Below are positions 57,340-64,000 of a stretch of DNA of 64,000 nt, piece after piece (position 1 is the first letter of the stretch; each line of letters opens with the position of its first letter). This stretch comes from an uncultured Nitrososphaeraceae archaeon (GTDB lineage: Archaea; Thermoproteota; Nitrososphaeria; Nitrososphaerales; Nitrososphaeraceae). The stretch is from contig CAWGVG010000003.1 of NCBI GenBank assembly GCA_963825865.1, positions 179,418 through 243,417 of the forward strand. The letters are read 5' to 3'. The translations under genes and the position numbers were made by a program. Under the pieces are notes generated by a model. That model was not told where the DNA came from, searched no databases, and saw only the letters and a program-made list of their open reading frames with translations.

Positions 57340-57579
57340 AGCTTTGTGAGATAAATGATGGAAAACAAACCCCTTCTATCAACTCACATACAACCTCAAT
57401 TTCCTGAATAACTATATTGTATATTTCTTTGACTTCTTCCATAAGAAGTCTTCTCTGTAGATTGCAAGGTTCTAATCTAAATCCGACTGCTACACTGACA
57501 GCACATATAATAAAACCATCTTCTAATGGAAATTTAAGCGACATCAATCAAGACACAGGCATTGTGCTCCAAACCAAGA

Positions 57580-58308
57580 CTTTAAAGGAGATGATAGCTT
57601 TACCTTCAAGCAGTAACTACAGCCATGCAACTATACTTTAGTGGAGAATCAATACGTAATACCCAAAAGTCTATCAGATTGATAGGCGTTCAAGTATCAT
57701 ATCAAACGATTTTCAGATGGATTAGAAAATACGTTAATTTGATGCAAAGCTATGTTGAAAAGTTAAAACCAAATGTTGGCGATGTTTGGAGAGCAGACGA
57801 ACTATGGATCAAAGTTAAGGGAGATATGAAATATTTGTATGCGCTAATGGATGACGAAACAAGGTTCTGGATAGCTCAAGAGGTAGCAGATACAAAATAC
57901 ATGCATGATGCTCAAAACCTATTTCATAAAGGAAAAGAGGCAATGGACAAGAAACCATCTACCCTGATAACTGATGGTTTACGCTCATATCATAATGCCT
58001 TCAATAAAGAGTTTTACACAAATACAAAACCAAAAACAGAGCATATCAACACTATCAGGATGCAAGGAGATATGAATAACAACAAGATGGAACGTTTCAA
58101 TGGTTAGGCTAGAGATAGGGAGAAAGTAATGAGAAATTTGAAAAGAAAAGATACATCCATACTAACTGGCTATCAAATCTATCATAACTACATAAGAGAG
58201 CATCAAGGGTTAGAAAATAAAACACCTGCTGAGGTATCAGGGATTAAAATTCAAGATGAAAATAAATGGATAACTTTAATACAGAATGCTAAGAAAGAAA
58301 ATGTATGA
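57580..58308 (+). mobile_element. IS6-like DDE transposase, 5'-truncated, in-frame TAG at 58105
   Basis: VSYQTIFRW, WRADE, ALMDDETRF, ITDGLRSY, NNNKMERFNG*ARDREK..YHNYIREH..KTPAE..WITLIQNA. Confidence 0.82.
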
Positions 58309-58535
58309 CCAAAGTATCCCATTTTAGAGAGTTTACCATATTATATAAAAAAGAAAGAGAGGGTGGTTACAGCGGTCAATGTTTGGAGATACCCGGTGCA
58401 ATCAGTCAAGCAGAAACGCTAAAAGAATTAAAGAAAAACATGATTGATGCAATCACATTAATCGTAAAATCTCAAAAGAAAGCTTTAAAGGAAAAGACAA
58501 ATAACGAGATGGTAATTGAAGTCCCAGTAGTTTGA
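58305..58535 (+). CDS. hicB: HicB antitoxin
   Basis: EGGYSGQCLEIPGAISQAETLKELKKNMIDAI. Confidence 0.88.
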   Translation: MTKVSHFREFTILYKKEREGGYSGQCLEIPGAISQAETLKELKKNMIDAITLIVKSQKKALKEKTNNEMVIEVPVV

Positions 58536-58747
58536 GTTTACGAAATCATAGTTTTCGTGAAGTATTAAAAGCATTAAAACACTTTGGTTTTTATCCTGAA
58601 TCCCAAAGTGGGAGTCATATCCAATTAAAACATGCAGATGGAAGGCGTCTAACCGTTCCTAGACACAATGTGATTAAAATAGGTGTAATGAAATCTATTA
58701 TCTCTTATACCAATATCCCTGTAGACGAATTTCTAAAATATTTATAA
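58532..58747 (+). CDS. hicA: HicA toxin
   Basis: EVLKALKHFGF..QSGSHIQLKH..LTVPRH..GVMKSII. Confidence 0.88.
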   Translation: MSLRNHSFREVLKALKHFGFYPESQSGSHIQLKHADGRRLTVPRHNVIKIGVMKSIISYTNIPVDEFLKYL

Positions 58748-58869
58748 TATATTATAACTTTATTGATAAATGAATATGAAAACGAAACAGACTTTCAATT
58801 TGTCTAAATGTAACAACATTATTGGATGTCCAATATGATTTAAATCCGAATCAAATCTAGAACCCAATT

Positions 58870-59056
58870 TAAGTATTATTGGTAATGTCTCTAAATCTAC
58901 AAGTATTCTAATGCTCAATGGAGAAAATGATTCTCAGACTCCAGTTCAACAAGCGCTTCCCTTACAGCAAAGGCTGACTGAAGTAAATCATCCTGACCAC
59001 ACATTGATAACTTATCCTAATTTAGGACATCTATTCTATCCTTCATCTCAATGGCA
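58870..59056 (+). pseudogene. Alpha/beta hydrolase C-terminal fragment
   Basis: ILMLNGENDSQTPV..LITYPNLGHLF. Confidence 0.7.
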
Positions 59057-59339
59057 GATCTCATGCAATAATGAATATTTTCTTTGTGCATTACCAAAGA
59101 AGAACGCTAAGTCATTTATGCCTTCCTTAGTAGATTTGCAGTTCATAAACTATCTTTGGTTAGTTATTTATCTCCCTTTGGGTGGAAAAATTGAGTCAAA
59201 TTTGTTCTGAATCCCACCGGATTCGGACCTACGATTACTTTGGAAGAGTAGGCGGTTTAATTGTCGCTAAAAAGCTCGCGCTGAACCAAGAATGTTCCAT
59301 ATTAGAATTCCTATAGCCAAAAACTTTCTTTGTATGATG

Positions 59340-59462
59340 AGCTACAAGAAATGGGATTTGGTCTCAAGGAGCTGAAACTGTTGCGCAACACCATTAACGA
59401 GATTGCAGAAGCAAATAATATACCTCGGAATCAGGCTCAGCAAAAGTTCTTCATAGATATTA
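59340..59462 (+). pseudogene. Fragment of helical hypothetical protein
   Basis: LQEMGFGLKELKLLRNTINEIAEANNIP..QKFFIDI. Confidence 0.35.
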
Positions 59463-59701
59463 AGGTCCGAGATTTTTACTGTTAATATCAACTTAAATGT
59501 CTTACGAACAGCATTGCTTGCCCAACCATTGGTAGCACCATCATTGCAAAGACTTTTTTCCAAAGGAGTAGTCGAGCAGGATATTGTTGAGCTTGCAAAC
59601 TTCTTATTTGAAAGATCCAATGGCACTGATGGTGGTGGCAGAAACCTCCTGTTATCATTATCATGCCAGAAGAAGCAAGAATGTTGACAGGAAGTTCAGC
59701 T

Positions 59702-60370
59702 TTAGACGAATAAATTGAACCTACGGCCCATGCTATCAGAGCTTCCAGTCCCTATCGGACTAAGATCACCGTTACTGATAGAATGACCTACAAGTAGCAT
59801 AAGTCCACCGAATCCAGCAGACAATCCAATGATTGTTGATTTTGTTAGTCTTTGTCCTAATCCAACTTTTTTTCTATTTTTGTATATTAAATAACCAATT
59901 ATTGCAACCCATAGGGGAATAGTAGAATTGAGTAACCCTGTTATTCCAGAAGAAAGATATTGTGTGCCCCACGTAAGTAGTCCCTGACCTCCCACGAATA
60001 ATGTTAATCCAAGAACTAAACTGTGTTTCCATTGTTGCTTAGTGATATGTCCTTGTGTAATTGGATGCACGAGCTGTGGACTGTTATTATGTTCACGTTG
60101 GTATTGTGGATGTTTTTGCTGTTGTTGTTCTTGGTATTGCTGAAGATTACGATGATCCCTTTTGTATTCTGTACGTTTAATTTGGAAAAAGTATACCGTA
60201 AAAAGTATAGCCCGTGAAATAGAAAATCTTAATCCAGCACTTAGCAATGGAGGAATGGTATCAATAGCAACCTTAATAGCAAGAAAGCTTGAACCATTAA
60301 TAATCCAAAGAGATACTAGGATTAGCCATACTTTTGATTGTTGATTTAAAGTCAATAATTTATTTGGCAT
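59702..60370 (-). pseudogene. EamA/DMT transporter, truncated
   Basis: GSSFLAIKVA..IPPLLSAGLRF..LSSGITGLLNSTIPLW; second repeat missing. Confidence 0.8.
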
Positions 60371-60852
60371 CGACAGTCAATTAAAACTGTTTCCAATATC
60401 ATCAAGAATCTTACAAGTCTCAAATTATAGGGATTTCAAGCTGACAATGACAAAATTACAATAGCGTGGTTCTATATCAAATCCAAGTTTTTCAAATCGA
60501 CCTAGACCATAGGATTGAAGAACAATAAAGGATGAAAAATTCATTTACATAATTAAGAGAATAACTTAGCATTCCAAAAAACAACGATATAATGATAACT
60601 GTGATATTATGTATAGGTCATCATTATCAACATCAGATTGAATAAATGTATGTTCTTCTCTCTTTATCTGCGAATCTGCTACTGCTGCTAATCTCACATG
60701 ATTTGTTATTGTTCTTAATTATTAGATAGTGATGACATTGCCTCAAGGTAATAATTTTGTTTATACAATCTTTTACCTTGTCTTTCTAATTGCAGGCATA
60801 CCAATAAAAGGATAAATGATAGCCATTATAACAAATTGAAAACCAGAATTTC

Positions 60853-61137
60853 TTAACTTTTATATTTTTCTTTGTCTCTACCAAACGATCTGAATATGTA
60901 TCCGCTAAAAACCAATACTGCTGTAAAAATAATAGCAAATAGCATTTGTCTTAATGGTACATGCATTATAAAAGCAATTATAAAAGAAATTAGTGCGCCA
61001 GCTGCGCTTAAAGGTATCCATGTTTTTATAGCGTCACGATATCTATCATGATTATATTTAATTTTTCTCACACCACCATCTAATAATTGGGAATAACATT
61101 GATTGTATAATATAGTATTTCTCCCACTAATAAACAA
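60853..61137 (-). CDS. Small membrane protein
   Basis: Two hydrophobic helices. Confidence 0.4.
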   Translation of the reverse strand: MFISGRNTILYNQCYSQLLDGGVRKIKYNHDRYRDAIKTWIPLSAAGALISFIIAFIMHVPLRQMLFAIIFTAVLVFSGYIFRSFGRDKEKYKS

Positions 61138-61463
61138 AAATCATATTCATGGAGTTATATTCCTCCGGGATACCAAATTGTGTATAGCAGAGGAGGAAGT
61201 ATTTGGTCCATTTGCTGTAAGACTTGCTAATGATTTGTGATACGAAAAGCAAAGAACTCGAAAAGACGCTCGACTGGATAACCTGGTGGTCGGTATATGA
61301 ATATAGTAGTATACATACTGCAATAGACAAAAGAGATTTTATGAAGATGGACGATAATATTAATGAAATATATATGGATATGACTTTCGTCGTAAAGAAA
61401 CTTAGCCGAAACTCGAATAGTTGGGAAACAACATAATCACATAACTATTATTAAATGACGTCA

Positions 61464-61652
61464 TTATTTAGTCAGCGTATGAACAAATCCTTTGAGTCTC
61501 TCTCTCATATCTACCATATCCTTGTGTGTCCTACTATGTTCCTTGATACCATGCACTGCAGCATTACTCATAATTTCTTCTTCAGTCTCTCCTGTCACAA
61601 TGAAATCACACTCATAGCATCCAACCTCACGACATGACAATAACTTTTTCAT
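61464..61652 (-). CDS. DUF1059 small metal-binding protein
   Basis: LSCREVG..CDFIVTGETEEEIM..HGIKEH. Confidence 0.8.
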   Translation of the reverse strand: MKKLLSCREVGCYECDFIVTGETEEEIMSNAAVHGIKEHSRTHKDMVDMRERLKGFVHTLTK

Positions 61653-62321
61653 ACTTCTTATAGTATCTATGAGCTACTATTGTAATTTAATAAAACTCTT
61701 TTATGATTATAGAAAGACATTATGATTGACAACGGGTCTTTTTGGTCACGATTTCCCCCGATGTGTCCTCATTTGAACTAGACATTAGCTTTGATGTCAA
61801 TATAGGGGCAAAAGACGGTCTCTTCCAAAGCATCTTCTAGGTGCCGTATATGATACCAACCTTGTACTTTCGCAGAGATTTATCCACGGCAATTCATGGG
61901 ATCTCGATATTCGCTAAACACTATCATCTTGGCTTTGGATAGTTTTCATATGAAAAGTACACATATGACAAACCAAATTACTATATATTTCTGAGAAGCA
62001 TTTGCAACTAATGAAATAATGCACTAACCTAATACATGCCTTAAAAGAACTACTTGGCGTAAGTCTAATACATGTGGAAAGATCAAACTTCTATATCATA
62101 GGTATGGTTGTAGTGATAGCCCTTGTCGGCACTCTGTAATTCCTCTACACGAGCACTGGTAGACTGGTCTAGCAGACTAATTTTTGGAATTGCTCTGATT
62201 TAATGGAGAATGGACAAAATAGGAGACAGCTAAGGCCATAGCCAGGGTTGTTTACTTCTTCTTTTCTTGGTGATCCAATTATATGATTAAATTAAAAAGG
62301 TTTGGTGATAATTATAACACT

Positions 62322-63315
62322 TTATTTCTCAAAGTAAACAAAATTCTCGTTTTCCAGTTGTGCGGCTTTATTTAAGAGCTCATTAGCCAGTTCATTTTCC
62401 ATTTCTCGTTTCATAGATTTGGCTAATCTTTTATAGAATTGTGCTTTAAGCAATGGTATGTCCTCAGGCTTTATTATATTTCTTACCAGCGCGATTTCAA
62501 TAGCTTTAGAAAAACCATCACTATCTACCCTTGCTTTTATTTGATTAAAATTGCTTAGGCCTATCCTCGTCCTTGAAGCTTGACATTTCATAAAACTAGG
62601 AATTCTGTATTTAGTTGGGATTAAGGAAGTATACTTAAAAAAGGCCCCAAAAGCAGACATCCTCATCCACGAATGAAAATCTTCTGATGCTTTTTCATTA
62701 GGGAAAGGGCATTGATATGCAAAGTTGATACGTACCGCTGTAGAAGAGGTTATTTATAATCCCTATCTGAGTTCCCATTTTAATCCAAATATCATTGCCT
62801 TCTAATGGATTTTGCAAATGAGATTCTAAGATTTCTAAAATAGGCGAAGAAATTTTTTCGCTAGGTTTTAACCTATTATTTTCATCAATTACTTCAAAAG
62901 TCGAGTAAACCACATCAATATGAGGGTTTTCAAAAAATATTTTTTTAACAACTTCTAGTCTTTTTGGATGGGATATATCATCTGAGTCATTAAAGAGTAT
63001 TAATAGAATGACCACGTTCTAAAGCCTTAAGGACTCCTAAATTCCTACTTACTCCAGGACCAACATTTCGTTCTAAAAAAATAACATCAATTTTCGGATA
63101 ATATTTTTGCTTTAAAGGCTTAAATAATCACAGGTTGCTTCCTTAGGAGGCATATCAATTACAATAATTGCACACCAATCTTCATCAGTTTGTGAAAATA
63201 ATCCTTCGATGGTCTCAGCGATTAATAGCTTTTTCCATTTCGTCCTTCATATCCATCTGCATAATGAGGAATAATAAACGCACTTGAAACTTCTTGGCTA
63301 TTTTGGTTTTATCAT
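62322..63315 (-). pseudogene. Glycosyltransferase family 2 (multiple frameshifts)
   Basis: AFIIPHY, QTDEDW, NVGPGVSRNLG, LFNDSDDISHP, SEDF. Confidence 0.8.
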
Positions 63316-63464
63316 TTTAAACTCTTTGGTAAGACAGTCACAATACAGACTAATAGTTTAATTTAATTCTTTGGCAGGAGAGTCAGATTACTAATTAAGT
63401 AGTTTCATTACTAAATTACATCAAGTAACGATGTCTGTATATTAGTAAACATCAGCAGACATCA

Positions 63465-63870
63465 TTATTTTCTCCTTCGAGATAACAATTTATTTAATAT
63501 GGTCTTGAATCCCTCAATATAGTGATAAGTTGAGAATTTATGTATATCACTGCTTATCTTAACTCGTTCTGTCTTTGGCAAATATGTTTTAAAAATATGT
63601 GTTATAATTTCAGCAGCTTGTTCTATTGTATTAAATTGATATTTTTGCGGAACAAACTCTGTAAGACCACCTGCATTTGGAACCACTGGAATTAGTCCAC
63701 AGCCATGGCTTCTCCACTGCCATGCCAAAGTGTTCCCCTGTCATAGGATGGAAATATACCTTTGATTCTTGCATAATAGAAAGAAGACTTATTGGGCTAG
63801 CATTAATTTCAAAAATAATATAGTCAGTCAAACCAAGATCTAGAATCAGCTGTTTAAGTTCTGAGTAATA
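63465..63870 (-). pseudogene. GT4 glycosyltransferase C-terminal fragment
   Basis: SKVYFHPMTGEHFGMAV..GLIPVVPNAGGLTEFV. Confidence 0.78.
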
Positions 63871-64000
63871 ATGAGAATAATAATAGTAAAGATTACACAT
63901 TGCAGGAAATATCGATTTTTCAAAAGGCTACTCACGAGTGAAGTTCTTTCTGATGGACAAATTGCTAAAGAAGAAGAATTAGGACACCCAGAATGTAGAA

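Noticed and set aside
58105-58107. In-frame TAG in the transposase as pyrrolysine or recoding
   Set aside because: GAG>TAG mutation or error is simpler; no pyl genes
59204-59238. tRNA T-arm-like words (gttctgaatccc / ggattcggacctacg)
   Set aside because: Short, mismatched, no full tRNA structure

Overview
AT-rich archaeal DNA whose gene content and style point to a soil ammonia-oxidising archaeon (Nitrososphaeraceae). The cues are Asn/Gln runs, many CBS/USP paralogs, SepF, MEDS, FxLYD and thaumarchaeal-type integrases; this assignment is an inference. The window is heavily frameshifted and mosaic: many genes break off abruptly and join unrelated genes, so part of the structure may be a sequencing or assembly artefact. 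(1) 0.2-18.6 kb is a stress/energy-sensing island: about 8 CBS and 5 USP genes or fragments, PII, GH130, Zn-ADH, a P1B-5-like ATPase and MgtA, plus a duplicated ~66-bp upstream element. (2) 21-28 kb is an integrative element remnant (SSB-like, PolB, tyrosine integrase, tRNA-3'-like att) next to a KAP NTPase and HsdR. (3) 35-40 kb holds the best novelty candidate: a ~1150-aa fusion of five Trp-rich repeats, an SF2 helicase and an Rrp8/nucleomethylin-like methyltransferase. It lies head-to-head with a PD-(D/E)xK-like gene and near a TIR fragment. (4) Multi-copy pieces of a terminase/integrase/prim-pol virus-like element are scattered over 39.7-47.3 kb and 56.3-57.3 kb. (5) There is an intact IS481, IS6/IS701 remnants, a hicBA pair coupled to a transposase, and many Zn-finger microproteins. 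No rRNA, complete tRNA or CRISPR array was seen. Family calls come from motif recognition only, with no database searches.
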